From an uncultured Spirochaetota bacterium (GTDB taxonomy: Bacteria; Spirochaetota; Spirochaetia; SZUA-6; Fen-1364): a stretch of 64,000 nucleotides of DNA. This document shows, in pieces, positions 35,870 to 46,268 of this stretch (position 1 is the first letter of the stretch; each line of letters starts with the position of its first letter). The translations under genes were made by a program, and so were the position numbers. A model generated the notes under the pieces. That model saw nothing but the letters and a program-made list of their open reading frames with translations. It made no database searches and was not told the DNA's origin. The DNA is taken from assembly GCA_963734545.1 (NCBI GenBank), contig CAVTHO010000004.1, positions 224,001 to 288,000 of the forward strand. Direction: 5' to 3'.

Positions 35870-37735
35870 TCACCTCATGGCGCGGGTCGCGTTCAGGATT
35901 GCGACCAGGGCCACTCCCATGTCCGCAATCACCGCCTCCCACATGGTGGCAATTCCGAACGCGCCCAGCGCGAGGAAAACCCCCTTCACCCCCAGCGCGA
36001 AGACGATGTTCTCCGCGACTATCGCGCGGGTTCTTCTTGCCCGGTGGATGGCCTCCACGATCTTGCCCGGGTTGTCCGACATGAGAACGACATCCGCCGT
36101 CTCCACCGCGGCATCGGCGCCTGATCGGCCCAGCGCAATGCCCACGTCCGCGCGCGCGAGCACCGGCGCGTCGTTGATGCCGTCTCCCATGAACGCGGTG
36201 CGCGCGCGCTTCCCGCCTGCCCGCATGATCGCTTCCAGGTGCTCGACCTTCTGCGCCGGCAGCAGGTCTGCATGGTACTCGTCGATGCCCAGCTCGGCGG
36301 CCACCCTCTGGGCAACCTCGACGCCGTCACCGGTCAGGAGGGCTGTCCGATCCACCCCCAGCGCGCGCAGATCCCTGATCGCCTCCTTTGCCCCGTGCCG
36401 CGCCACGTCATTGATGGCGAGATAGCCGGCGTAGGCCCCGTCCACGGCCACGTGCACCGCGGTGCCCTCGATGCAGCAGGTGTCGTGGGGGATCTGCTGG
36501 GCATGAAGGAGCCGGTCGTTGCCGGCCATGATCGCGTGCCCCTCCACCGTGGCGAAAACCCCCTGGCCGCCGAGCTCACGGAATGCGGTAGCGGCGGAGT
36601 CGTCCACGGGCCGGCCATAGGCTTCTCGAATCGACGCGGCGATCGGGTGATTCGAATGCGCCTCGGCAACGGCCGCGTAGCGGAGGAGGTCGGGGCCGGA
36701 GACGCCGTTGCGGGGATTCACCGAGGTGACGTGGAAGCTCCCCTTCGTGAGAGTGCCGGTCTTGTCGAAGACCATGGTCTTCACGCGCGCCAGCACGTCG
36801 AGGTACGCCGATCCCTTCACCAGTATGCCGTGACGCGAGGCTCCCCCCACCCCGCCGAAATACCCGAGCGGGATGCTGATGACCAGCGCGCACGGGCAGG
36901 AGATGACGAGCATGGTGAGGGCGCGATAGACCCAGTCGTGCAGGAGGGCGCCGGGAACGAACAGCGGCGGCAGGAAAGCCACCATGGCCGCCGCGGCAAC
37001 CACGAGGGGCGTGTAGATCCGGGCGAACCTGCTGATGAACCGCTCCGTCTTTGCCTTGGCGCGCGTGGCGCCCTCCACGAGCTGTATAATCTTCGCGGCG
37101 CTGGACTCCCCCGCGCTGCGCGTGACCCGCATTTCTATCAGGCCGTCCATGCAGATGAATCCCGCCAGCACTTCCTGGCCGGGCTCCACGCGGCGTGGAA
37201 CGGGCTCTCCCGTGAGGGCGGAAGTGTCCACGAAGCTCCCGCCCGACGTCACGCGACCATCCAGCGGCACGCGCTCGCCGGGACGGACCACGACTTCAGC
37301 GTCGATCGCGACCTCTTCGGGCCGGATCTCCACGAGGTCCCCGTTGCGCCGCACACGCGCGGAATCCGGCCGCAGGTCCAGGAGCTTCCGGATGGACCTG
37401 CGGCTGCGATCCACGGACAGGTGCTCCAGTATCTCCCCCACCTTGAAAAAAACCATCACCGCGACCGCTTCCGAAGGCAGGCGTATGGCGAATGCGCCGC
37501 CCGTGGCCACGGTCATCAGGAAGTTCTCGTCGAACACCCGGCCCCGGAAGATCCCGCGCACCGCCGCGGCCAGCACGTTCCAGCCCGCCAGGAGATAGGC
37601 TGCCCCGAAGATCACGTAGCTCAGCCAGGGCCATGCGGAGGCCTGGATCCTGCCGCCGGCAGCGATCCCGAGAACGAGCAGGGCGATCCCCACGCCCAGC
37701 ACAACGAGATCCGCGCGAAGGTTGAAGCGCCCCAT
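35870..37735 (-). CDS. cadA: Heavy-metal (Zn/Cd) P1B-type ATPase
   Basis: DENFLM, LTGEP, SCPCAL, DKTGTLT, HP, GDGINDAP; no N-terminal HMA domain. Confidence 0.93.
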   Translation of the reverse strand: MGRFNLRADLVVLGVGIALLVLGIAAGGRIQASAWPWLSYVIFGAAYLLAGWNVLAAAVRGIFRGRVFDENFLMTVATGGAFAIRLPSEAVAVMVFFKVGEILEHLSVDRSRRSIRKLLDLRPDSARVRRNGDLVEIRPEEVAIDAEVVVRPGERVPLDGRVTSGGSFVDTSALTGEPVPRRVEPGQEVLAGFICMDGLIEMRVTRSAGESSAAKIIQLVEGATRAKAKTERFISRFARIYTPLVVAAAAMVAFLPPLFVPGALLHDWVYRALTMLVISCPCALVISIPLGYFGGVGGASRHGILVKGSAYLDVLARVKTMVFDKTGTLTKGSFHVTSVNPRNGVSGPDLLRYAAVAEAHSNHPIAASIREAYGRPVDDSAATAFRELGGQGVFATVEGHAIMAGNDRLLHAQQIPHDTCCIEGTAVHVAVDGAYAGYLAINDVARHGAKEAIRDLRALGVDRTALLTGDGVEVAQRVAAELGIDEYHADLLPAQKVEHLEAIMRAGGKRARTAFMGDGINDAPVLARADVGIALGRSGADAAVETADVVLMSDNPGKIVEAIHRARRTRAIVAENIVFALGVKGVFLALGAFGIATMWEAVIADMGVALVAILNATRAMR

Positions 37736-37736
37736 G

Positions 37737-38084
37737 TCATTCCGCCAGGTGGGTCCGGATGGACTGGAGGACCGCGCTCACGTGGTGGTCACTCAGCGAG
37801 TAGTACACGATCTTGCCGTCGCGGCGGTGGCTGACGAGCCGCGCGCTCTTCAGCACGGCGAGCTGGTGGCTCACCGCGGAGACGCTCATGCCGAACGCCT
37901 CGCTGAGGTCGCCGACGCACAGCTCTCCGGCAAGAAGCGCGTGAAGTATGCGAAGCCTCGTCGAATCTCCGAGGATCTTGAAAAAGATCTCCATGTCTTC
38001 GAGCTCATCCGGGTCGGGAATCTTCGCCCTTCCCGCAATCACCGCCTCCGGATGTATGCCGCGCATGCTGGTTGCTGGTGCCAT
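37737..38084 (-). CDS. ArsR/SmtB family metal-responsive repressor
   Basis: FKILGDSTRLRIL, ELCVGDL, SAVSHQL, alpha5 site DHH...HLAE. Confidence 0.93.
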   Translation of the reverse strand: MAPATSMRGIHPEAVIAGRAKIPDPDELEDMEIFFKILGDSTRLRILHALLAGELCVGDLSEAFGMSVSAVSHQLAVLKSARLVSHRRDGKIVYYSLSDHHVSAVLQSIRTHLAE

Positions 38085-38093
38085 GAATGCTCC

Positions 38094-38152
38094 TTCTCTC
38101 ACTTGAACAGTTGTTCAAGTGAGAGAATAACGCGACAGCAGCGGATTGTCAA
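38094..38152 (-). promoter_or_regulatory. Sigma70 promoter overlapped by an SmtB/CzrA-type operator
   Basis: TTGACA (38152-38147), 17 bp, TATTCT (38129-38124); perfect 16-2-16 palindrome TTCTCTCACTTGAACA-gt-TGTTCAAGTGAGAGAA at 38094-38127. Confidence 0.88.
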
Positions 38153-38189
38153 GAGGAGGAAGGGGACGGCGCGGGCGCCCGGCCCCGGA

Positions 38190-39571
38190 TCAGGCGCGCA
38201 CGCGCCCGCGAAACAGGGATGCAAAAATGCCGGCGCCGCACAGCGCCGCAAAAATGAAGAATCCCGAGCGGAAGGCGCTGAGAAACGCATTGTATCGCTC
38301 AGGGGTTATCTCCACCTCGCCCACATATACGGCGATGATCAACGCGGCGATGCCCATGCTCAACATCTGCCCGATGAGACGCATGGCTCCTGTCGTGGCC
38401 GAGGCGACAGCATAGTGTTTCCTCTCCACGGAACCCATGATGGCGCTGGTATTGGGGGAGGAGAACAGCCCGAACCCCAGGCCGCAGACAACCAGGATGG
38501 CGATGATGTATGCAAGGCTCGAGGCGCGGCCGAGGAACGCGGTGAGAAGAAGACCGACCGTGCTCAAGGCCATGCCCACGGAAGCCACTATTCGCGGCTC
38601 CACCCGGTCCGAGAGCCGCCGGCCAGCGGGGAGAATACCGCCATCATCACCGGCTGGGTCAGCATGATCAGACCCGCGGAACGCGGAGAGAATCCCTTGA
38701 TGTACTGGAGGAACAGGCTCAGCAGGAAGGAAAGGGCAAAGGTAGCCGCGTAGTTGATCAGCGCCGAGAGATTGGAAAGGGCGAAGACCGAGCTGCGGCG
38801 AAAGAGACTGACATCCAGCACGGGGGAAGCGACACGGCTCTCCCTCAGCACGAAGGCCGCGAGCAGCACGGCGCCGCCGATGATGAGCCAGAGGCCGGTC
38901 ACTGCCGGCAGCAGCCGGAAACCGTACATCACGGCGAACAACGCGCAGGCGTAGAAGAGCGATCCGACCACGTCCATCTTCTGGCCGCGCGCCTCCGCCC
39001 ACTCGCCCCTCACCTTCCAGAGAGCCAGCCCGGTCACGAACAACCCCAGGACCATGGTCAGCAGGAAGATGCTCCGCCAGCCGAGGAACTGGGTGAGCAT
39101 GCCGCCGATGAAAGGACCGAGCGCGCCGCCGGCGTACACGGATGCCACGGTGATTCCGAGAGCGCGTCCCCTCTGCTCGGGCGGATAGACCGAGGTGACA
39201 ATGGCCAGCGAGGTCCCGAACATCATGGCGTCGGTGAATCCCTGCAAGGCACGGAGGGCGACCAGCATGGCCTCTGAGGCGGCAAGCGCGCACAGGAGCG
39301 ACACGACCGAGTAGCCGGCCATGCCCGTAAGGAAGACCTTTTTTCGGCCGTGGATATCCGCCATCCTCCCCATGGGAACGAGGAACATGGCTGCGGCAAG
39401 CAGGTAGGCGGTGCTGATCCAGCTCAAGGTGATGGCGTCTGCGGAAAACTCCTTGCCGATCGAGGGGATTGCGATGTTGATCGAGGAGGCCATGAACGGC
39501 GTGAGAAATGAGGCCGTCGAGGCAACGAAAAGAACCACGCGTTTGTCGACCGTACCGTGCTGCGGGTGCAT
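38190..39571 (-). CDS. MFS transporter (DHA2-like), frameshifted near 38620
   Basis: GRMADIHGRKK motif A; the C-terminal TMs continue in another frame (LSDRVEPR...FSSPNTSAIMG). Confidence 0.88.
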
Positions 39572-39659
39572 GCGCTTTCACCCACTATATGCGGAATCAG
39601 CGTCCATGGCTATTCCGACAGATGCGCAAGACGGGTATACTCGGGGTCGAGAAACGACA

Positions 39660-40232
39660 ATGCAGTCTGAACAACTGAGAGCGCTGTGGGAGAGGTACTG
39701 CTGCCGGCTTCTTGCGTTCATACGCGGGAAGATCGCGGATGAATCTGAAGCGGAAGACATCCTTCAGGAGGTCTTCCTCCGGATCCACCGCAACCTGTGC
39801 TGCCAGGAATGGAACAAGCCGGACGGCTGGATCTACCAGATCACGCGCAACCTGATCATCGACCATTACCGCAGCCGCAGGGAAACGGTCGAAGTCGACG
39901 AAACCATGCCCGCCCTGGAACAGGGTGGCCCTGAGGATGATCCCGTGACCCGGCTGGCATTCTCCCTGAGGGAAACCATCGATGCGCTGCCGGAGCCGTA
40001 CCGCCAGGCCCTGGTGCTGACCGAATATGAGGGCCTGAGCCAGAAGGAGCTCGCCTCCCGGATGGGAATATCGCTCTCCGGAGCCAAGTCGCGCGTGCAG
40101 CGCGCACGGGAGAAGCTGCGCGATCTGCTCCTGACCTGCTGCCACTTCGAGCTGGACCGGCGAGGAAGGATCATAGACTACTACAAGCGCTGTTGCTGCT
40201 GCGGCGCGGCCGCCCAACGGCACCCGGCATGA
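39660..40232 (+). CDS. sigZ: ECF RNA polymerase sigma factor, SigZ-like
   Basis: AEDILQEVFL, WIYQITRN, SGAKSRVQRAR, CCHFELDRRG tail typical of SigZ. Confidence 0.82.
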   Translation: MQSEQLRALWERYCCRLLAFIRGKIADESEAEDILQEVFLRIHRNLCCQEWNKPDGWIYQITRNLIIDHYRSRRETVEVDETMPALEQGGPEDDPVTRLAFSLRETIDALPEPYRQALVLTEYEGLSQKELASRMGISLSGAKSRVQRAREKLRDLLLTCCHFELDRRGRIIDYYKRCCCCGAAAQRHPA

Positions 40233-40278
40233 TTTTCAGGAACGGCTCCGCGCCGTTCGCCCGCAGACTCCTCGTGCG

Positions 40279-41367
40279 TCACACGCTGTACCGGCGCCCT
40301 TCATCCAGCATTGCGAGGTAGTTGTCCAGTGGGACGTAGTTGGCCACGGTGTTGCCCGTGCCAAGGCAGTAGCCGCCGCCTTTCATGCAGACTTCCAGCG
40401 TCTCCCGTACCCGCCGCCTGATGTCTGACTCGGTGGACCTGCACAGGAAGTCCATGTCGATCCCGCCGAGAAGCGCAATCCTGCCGCCGTAGCGCCCCTT
40501 GGCCTCGGTCACGGGCAGTATTGCGTCCTCGAAGGAGTGTTTTCCATCGATGCCGACATCATCGATAAGGTCGTCCATGATCTCGTCGAGCTTGCCGCAC
40601 GAGTGAAGCAGATACGGCTTGCCTTTCGACCGGGCGATCGCCGCGCAGCGCGTGTGCCAGGGAAGGACTTTTCGGCGCAGAAAGTCGGGAGAGAGCATTG
40701 TGCCTGACCGGAATCCCAGGTCATCCGAGCCCCAGATCACCGCTACCTTTGAGAAGTCCGCAAGAGCGTCGGTGAAAGCCACATAGAAAGTCCCGACCTT
40801 TTCCAGAACAGCGTCGACGAGGGCGGGCTGGTCGACCAGGAAATAGCAGAGCGTTTCGTACCCCAGCAGAAAAGAGAGAATCTCGAAGATGTGCGCGGTG
40901 AGCTCGTAGCATCCCATGTTCGGCGGCAGGTTCCGCTCGAGCCATTCGAGGGGGGAAAAGTCGATCTCCGCGACTTTCGGCCAGGGGTAGGCTTCAAAAT
41001 CCTTCCAGCTCTGGATGGGTCCGGTGTGCTCCTCCTGCCAATCTCGAGCAGCTCTTTCCTGTTCAGGGAGCATGGTCGTGTCCGGCGCAGACAGGCGTGC
41101 CATCGGAAACACGGTCTTGCGCGCGACACCGACCCGGAACATGTCATAGCCAAGGAATGCGTGCAGTGTCATATCCCGTTTCGTTTCGTACAGGGGATCG
41201 GACCTGTCCAGCCCGGCTGCGAGCTCGAACCGCGCGCAGACGGCCTCCTTGATCTCGGCGTCGAGAAAGAGCTCGACGTGGTGCACCCTGCGGGGCATCT
41301 TCCGCCGGAAGAGGACCTCCCTCATTTCCCCTACGTCCGGGTCGAGCGGTTTCGAAAACTCCTTCAT
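40279..41367 (-). CDS. Uroporphyrinogen decarboxylase family protein
   Basis: SDDLGF, LLHSCG, GGIDMD, GTGNTV. Confidence 0.85.
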   Translation of the reverse strand: MKEFSKPLDPDVGEMREVLFRRKMPRRVHHVELFLDAEIKEAVCARFELAAGLDRSDPLYETKRDMTLHAFLGYDMFRVGVARKTVFPMARLSAPDTTMLPEQERAARDWQEEHTGPIQSWKDFEAYPWPKVAEIDFSPLEWLERNLPPNMGCYELTAHIFEILSFLLGYETLCYFLVDQPALVDAVLEKVGTFYVAFTDALADFSKVAVIWGSDDLGFRSGTMLSPDFLRRKVLPWHTRCAAIARSKGKPYLLHSCGKLDEIMDDLIDDVGIDGKHSFEDAILPVTEAKGRYGGRIALLGGIDMDFLCRSTESDIRRRVRETLEVCMKGGGYCLGTGNTVANYVPLDNYLAMLDEGRRYSV

Positions 41368-41538
41368 CGTCGTCCCTCCGTGGCTTCCTCCATCCTACCA
41401 CGATCCGCCCGGGCCGTGCTGTCGCCGCTGCGGGCGGCGCGCAGCCGCTCCGGAAGTATTTTCCGGAAAGATTGCGTCTTTTTCGCTCTGCCTCCGTCTA
41501 CCAGGTTGTCACTGCACGCGAGTGACGAGGAGGAACAG

Positions 41539-41688
41539 ATGTTGCAGGATTTCTTGATGCGGATGTATGCGCCCCTTCTTTGGCAGGAGCAGTGCGACCA
41601 CCGATCCCGGACGGAGCCGCGCCCGCTGAACCTGGCGAGGCTCCGAGGATGCGCGTGTGAGCAGCCTTGCTGCGGGCAGGCGGCCTGA
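41539..41688 (+). CDS. Small Cys-rich protein (49 aa)
   Basis: GAGGAGG RBS; C-terminus GCACEQPCCGQAA; stop 2 bp before the permease ATG. Confidence 0.6.
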   Translation: MLQDFLMRMYAPLLWQEQCDHRSRTEPRPLNLARLRGCACEQPCCGQAA

Positions 41689-41690
41689 CC

Positions 41691-42728
41691 ATGGACTTCA
41701 TCCTGAATCTCGTCGCGCAGTCGGTCAGGCAGGTCCTTCTCACTCTCCTGCACAACTGGCCCTTTCTTCTCGCCAGCATCCTGATCGCGGCCTTGATGCA
41801 GGTGTTCGTGGATGTGAAGAAGGTATCCGCTTTCCTCGGCCGGCACCGGCGCGCGGGGGTGGCGGCAGCCACGGCTGCCGCCGTTGCCACGCCTTTCTGC
41901 TCGTGCGGTACCACGGCCGTGGTGCTGGGCATGATGGCAAGCACCATGCCCTGGGCGCCGATCGTTGCCTTCATGGTGGCGTCCCCGCTGAGCTCTCCCG
42001 AGGGCATGGTGTACACCGCCGGCCTTTTCGGATGGCCTTTCGCGCTCACTTCCTTCCTGTTCTCGATTCTTCTCGGGCTATCCGGGGGATTCATTGCGGC
42101 GTCATTCGAGCGGCGCGGCTGGCTCGACCACCAGGCGCGCTTCGAGGCCGCCTGCGCATGCAGCCAGCCGTCCTTCCCGTCCTTCCCGGTCAGGGAGATC
42201 CCGGTGAGTGGAACCGCCGGGCTTCAACTCGCTGCCTGCTGCGCGGGCAGCGTGGCCGTGGAAACGGCAGCAACGCGGGTCACGGAGACCGTTCTCATCA
42301 AAACCCTCGCGCGCGTGTCAGGTCTGCCGAAGGAGATATGGAACATCGGCAAGAAGCTTCTTCCGATGTTCCTCGGGTTTGCCTTTATCGGCTATCTCTT
42401 GAATGGCCTCGTGCCGGCCGCCTGGGTCAATGCGCTGTTCGGCAGCGGCAACGTCTACGGCGTTCCTCTGGCAGCGACCCTTGGCCTGCCGCTGTACATC
42501 TCCGAAGGATCTCTGCCTCTGATCCGCGCCCTCATGGATTCCGGGATGAGCCAGGGGGCTGTCATGGCGTTCCTCATCGCAGGATCAGGCACGTCGATGG
42601 GAGCCATTGCCGGTGCCCTGACGATAGCCCGCTGGCGCGTTGTCGGGCTGGTCGTCGGTGTGCTCTGGATCGGGGCAATGTGCGCGGGCTTTGCCTATGA
42701 TACTCTCCTGGCTCTCAAGGTGTTCTGA
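41691..42728 (+). CDS. DUF318/ArsP-like permease
   Basis: TPFCSCG motif, FMVASPL, second repeat PLYISEG...AFLIAG; Cys-containing central loop. Confidence 0.88.
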   Translation: MDFILNLVAQSVRQVLLTLLHNWPFLLASILIAALMQVFVDVKKVSAFLGRHRRAGVAAATAAAVATPFCSCGTTAVVLGMMASTMPWAPIVAFMVASPLSSPEGMVYTAGLFGWPFALTSFLFSILLGLSGGFIAASFERRGWLDHQARFEAACACSQPSFPSFPVREIPVSGTAGLQLAACCAGSVAVETAATRVTETVLIKTLARVSGLPKEIWNIGKKLLPMFLGFAFIGYLLNGLVPAAWVNALFGSGNVYGVPLAATLGLPLYISEGSLPLIRALMDSGMSQGAVMAFLIAGSGTSMGAIAGALTIARWRVVGLVVGVLWIGAMCAGFAYDTLLALKVF

Positions 42729-42785
42729 GGCGGCATCTGTGGCTGCCCGTGGCATTTCCGGGTGCCCCGTGATAAGCTGGCCGGC

Positions 42786-43199
42786 ATGTCAGCAAGAAGC
42801 GATACATCAGGCTCCCTTCTGTTCCTTCACATAGCGACGGCCGCGTATCTCATCCTGCTCGGCCTCGTCGGCATCATCAACTACAACTCCGACCTCAACA
42901 GGTTCGGCAGAGGGCTCGTGCAGGCCGTCGGAGGCAGGAACGACGTCCTGGGGATCATCATTTCGATTCTCAGCCTTCTTGCAGGCGTTGCACTGATCGC
43001 GGCGCTTTTCGCCCGGTTCGATTCGAGTATCGGACGGGCGGCCGGGCTTGCCGTGTTCGTATTCTGGGCCCTGCGGATCGTGTATGTCTGGTTCCGCAAG
43101 GACGTGTTCCAGCCGGACCTTCTCGTCTGGCTTGTGCAGATCGGTCCGGACATCGTGATCCTGGCGGCGCTCTGGCACATCGGCCGCAAGTATTCCTGA
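42786..43199 (+). CDS. Hypothetical 4-TM membrane protein
   Basis: Four hydrophobic segments. Confidence 0.7.
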   Translation: MSARSDTSGSLLFLHIATAAYLILLGLVGIINYNSDLNRFGRGLVQAVGGRNDVLGIIISILSLLAGVALIAALFARFDSSIGRAAGLAVFVFWALRIVYVWFRKDVFQPDLLVWLVQIGPDIVILAALWHIGRKYS

Positions 43200-43203
43200 C
43201 GGA

Positions 43204-44130
43204 TTGGCGCGGCTCGTTTCCTCCCGTAGAATCTGGAGCCGCGCGCCCCATAACGCCTTCACGGATCTCATCCGGTTCAGGGGCAGGTGGTACTGCGCGC
43301 TGCGCGAGTCGCGGAACCACGTGGGGCACATGGGCCGGGTGCGCATCATCGAATCCGCCGACGGCAGGGACTGGGTTTCCGCCGCGCTTTTCTCCGAACG
43401 CGGCGTGGACCTGAGGGACCCCAAGCTTTCCGTCGCGCCCGGGAACCGGCTCATGCTCCTGATGGGAGGCTCCCGGTACACCAAAGGGAAATACACGGGG
43501 AGGAATCCGAGAGTCGCCTTTTCCCGCGACGGCCGCACCTGGAGCGAGCCTCGGGGCATCCTCGCCGAGGGGGACTGGCTGTGGAGAGTGACATGGCAGG
43601 GAAGACAAGCCTTTGGCGTCACCTACAGGATCGTCGACAAGGACACGTGGACGGTCACGCTCGTGACGAGCGGAGACGGTCTTTCGTACCGCGAGGTGTG
43701 CAGCCTGCGCGTCCCGGGCAAGCCGAACGAAACGACCGTGCGATTCAGACGTGACGGCAGGGCAGTCGCCCTCGTCCGACGGGAAGGCGGCAGCAGGAAA
43801 GCCTGGATCGGCACCAGCCGGAAGCCCTACACGGCGTGGCAGTGGCGGTCAACGAGGCATCGGGTAGGCGGCCCGAACTTTCTCGTTCTGCCGAACGGTG
43901 ACATGTGGGCGGCGGGCCGCGCCTACCTGCCGGATGGTCCGCGCACCCTTGTTGCCCGGATGAACGACCGCCGGTATACACCGGTGCTCGCGCTGCCCAG
44001 CGCCGGTGACTGCAGCTATCCGGGCCTTGCCTGGCATCGCGGCCACCTATGGGTGAGCTACTACTCTTCCCACGAGGGGAAGACAGGCATCTATCTGGCA
44101 CGAATACGATTGGACGGGGAGGGACGGTGA
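43204..44130 (+). CDS. BNR/Asp-box beta-propeller (sialidase-like) protein
   Basis: HNAFTDL, Asp boxes SADGRDW, SRDGRTW and SGDGLSY, DCSYPG, YYSSHEG. Confidence 0.8.
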   Translation: MARLVSSRRIWSRAPHNAFTDLIRFRGRWYCALRESRNHVGHMGRVRIIESADGRDWVSAALFSERGVDLRDPKLSVAPGNRLMLLMGGSRYTKGKYTGRNPRVAFSRDGRTWSEPRGILAEGDWLWRVTWQGRQAFGVTYRIVDKDTWTVTLVTSGDGLSYREVCSLRVPGKPNETTVRFRRDGRAVALVRREGGSRKAWIGTSRKPYTAWQWRSTRHRVGGPNFLVLPNGDMWAAGRAYLPDGPRTLVARMNDRRYTPVLALPSAGDCSYPGLAWHRGHLWVSYYSSHEGKTGIYLARIRLDGEGR

Positions 44131-44774
44131 AAGCACTTGTCGTGTGGGGAGGCTGGGAAGGGCACGAGCCGAGGCAGTGTGCCGAGCGCTTTGTTCCGTG
44201 GCTTCGGCAGCAGGGTTTCGAGGTGACGGTTTCCTCTTCCCTCGATTCGTATCTCGATAAGGCGCTGATGGGCTCGCTGCAGCTCATCGTGCCTGTCTGG
44301 ACAATGGGCACGATCACGGGCGATCAGGAGAAGGGCCTGCTGAAGGCGGTGGAGAGCGGCGTGGGCATTGCCGGCTGGCATGGGGGCATGGCGGACTCCT
44401 TTCGCGCCAGCACGGAGTACCAATACATGGTAGGCGGACAGTGGGTGGCGCATCCGGGCGGCATCATACCCTACCGCGTGCACGTGCTCGACCGCGCGGA
44501 CCCGATCACGCGGGGCGTCGCCGACTTCGACATGCTCTCCGAGCAATACTACATGCACGTGGATCCTTCGAACGAAGTGCTGGCCACGACGACGTTCGGC
44601 GGCGGCGTGCACCCCTGGATCGAGGGCACGGTCATGCCGGTGGCATGGAAGAGGACGTACGGAAAGGGGCGCGTATTCTACTGCTCGCTGGGACACGTGG
44701 CAAAGGATTTCGACGTTCCGGAAGCGATGACGCTGGTCCAGCGGGGTATGCTGTGGGCCTGCGGCGCGCTCTGA
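44127..44774 (+). CDS. ThuA-like domain protein
   Basis: [34 protein letters not shown]. Confidence 0.88.
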   Translation: MKALVVWGGWEGHEPRQCAERFVPWLRQQGFEVTVSSSLDSYLDKALMGSLQLIVPVWTMGTITGDQEKGLLKAVESGVGIAGWHGGMADSFRASTEYQYMVGGQWVAHPGGIIPYRVHVLDRADPITRGVADFDMLSEQYYMHVDPSNEVLATTTFGGGVHPWIEGTVMPVAWKRTYGKGRVFYCSLGHVAKDFDVPEAMTLVQRGMLWACGAL

Positions 44775-44819
44775 GGGCCCGCGAGCCGCGGTCACGGTAC
44801 CCCGTGACATTCGCCCAGG

Positions 44820-44844
44820 CCTGAGAGCGGCACCCGCTCTCAGG
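44820..44844. terminator. Hairpin between convergent genes
   Basis: CCTGAGAGCGG-cac-CCGCTCTCAGG. Confidence 0.55.
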
Positions 44845-45781
44845 GGTAGAAGAGGAAGATGTTGCCCACGTCCGGGACGTGTCGCATCGCCTCAGAGGAA
44901 AGACGCGTGAGCTCCTCCGCAACCGCGGGCTCGATGCTGCCGTTGGCGGCCGCGACATTGCTTTCGATCTGCTCGACCCTTCGGGCTCCCACCAGGGAGG
45001 AGACGATGCCGGGCCTGCCGAGCACCCAGCGGATCGCCAGTGTGCTCAGGGATGTCGAGCTTTTTCGAGCCACTTCCCGCATGGCGGCAGCCGCGTCCCG
45101 CACGAACGGCCATACATCGGGTCGATAGTAGAGGGTTGTTCCCCTGGCATCGCCCTTCTCGAACGAATCCGGGCTCCGGGGCGTGTCGGAGAGGAGGCCC
45201 TGCGCAATGGAGCTGAACGTGACCACCGCAATGCCATGTGCGATACAGTAGGGAATGATGTCCCGTTCGGGGTAGCGCCACAACAGGTTATAGCAGAGCT
45301 GGTGTGCGTCGATCCGCCCGGCCTCGGACGCCATGTCCATGTCCTTGACGCTGAAGTTGCTGACGCCGATGAGCCGGATCCTGCCCTGCGTGCGCAGGAG
45401 CTCGAGGCCTTCCATCATGGGACGGATGTCGAAACCGGTTTTCGGCCAGTGGACGTAGAAAAGGTCGATCCACTGCCTTTTCATCCGTGCAAGCGACTGC
45501 TCCACTCCCGCGATCGTCTCCCGCTTGCCCGCCGCGTGCATCTTCGTGGAGACGAAAGCTCTTTCTGAAAAGGGCTCGATGCCCCGGCCCAGGACCTCTT
45601 CCGAATGACCCATTCCGTAGTCGTGAGCGGTATCGAAATGCCGCATTCCCCTGCGATACGCCTCCCGTATCAGCGCGACCGACATGTCATCCGCAGGGGT
45701 TCCGCTCCCCATGTCGCCGAACTGCCAGCATCCCAGGCCTACACCTTTCGGAATAAGCTCCGTGACGGAACGCGCGCCCAT
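44840..45781 (-). CDS. Aldo/keto reductase
   Basis: GLGCWQFG, FDTAHDYG, DLFYVHWP, IGVSNF. Confidence 0.92.
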   Translation of the reverse strand: MGARSVTELIPKGVGLGCWQFGDMGSGTPADDMSVALIREAYRRGMRHFDTAHDYGMGHSEEVLGRGIEPFSERAFVSTKMHAAGKRETIAGVEQSLARMKRQWIDLFYVHWPKTGFDIRPMMEGLELLRTQGRIRLIGVSNFSVKDMDMASEAGRIDAHQLCYNLLWRYPERDIIPYCIAHGIAVVTFSSIAQGLLSDTPRSPDSFEKGDARGTTLYYRPDVWPFVRDAAAAMREVARKSSTSLSTLAIRWVLGRPGIVSSLVGARRVEQIESNVAAANGSIEPAVAEELTRLSSEAMRHVPDVGNIFLFYP

Positions 45782-46236
45782 CAATCGTTCTCGAGGAGCT
45801 CGATGATGACTTTCAGGTCCCGGTTCGCGTCCACGTATGCGTAGCGGCCGCCGGTGTATTCCCCCGTCTGCAGGAGCGGCATGTCCGCCGCCTTCAGCTC
45901 GGCGATTTTCTCCTTCATGCCCTTGATCACGAAGGCGATGTGGTGGACTCCTTCTCCCTTGCGGTCGAGGTCCTCCCTCCAGGTGCTCGGCCCCTTGTCC
46001 GGTTCGATCAGCTCGATATCCAGGGTGGGCCCGACCTTGAAAAACGCGAGCTTGGACCGTGCCTTTGTCGGAGCGCCCTTGTAGCGCGCCTGGGACTTGT
46101 CCAGCTCGTCCGTGATCTGGATGGGAGGCTTTTCCACCCCCAGAAAGTCCGCGTACACCTGCGCCGTCTTCTCGATATCGTGCACGAGAATCCCCACCTG
46201 CGTGACCACGTTCGTGCCGAGGATTTTCTTCTTCAT
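45781..46236 (-). CDS. VOC family protein (glyoxalase/methylmalonyl-CoA epimerase-like)
   Basis: QVGILVHDIE, ELIEP, GEGVHHIAF, ELLE. Confidence 0.88.
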   Translation of the reverse strand: MKKKILGTNVVTQVGILVHDIEKTAQVYADFLGVEKPPIQITDELDKSQARYKGAPTKARSKLAFFKVGPTLDIELIEPDKGPSTWREDLDRKGEGVHHIAFVIKGMKEKIAELKAADMPLLQTGEYTGGRYAYVDANRDLKVIIELLEND

Positions 46237-46268
46237 TCTCCGCGCCTCCTTTGTGTGTGCACTCTGCC

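Noticed and set aside
36239-37834. Long + strand ORF opposite cadA (and similar antisense ORFs elsewhere)
   Set aside because: Typical stop-poor antisense frames of high-GC genes with no domain motifs
28402-39571. aguA and the MFS gene as true pseudogenes or programmed frameshifts
   Set aside because: Isolated single-base shifts with otherwise intact motifs recur across the window, consistent with sequencing indels; no slippery heptamers were noted
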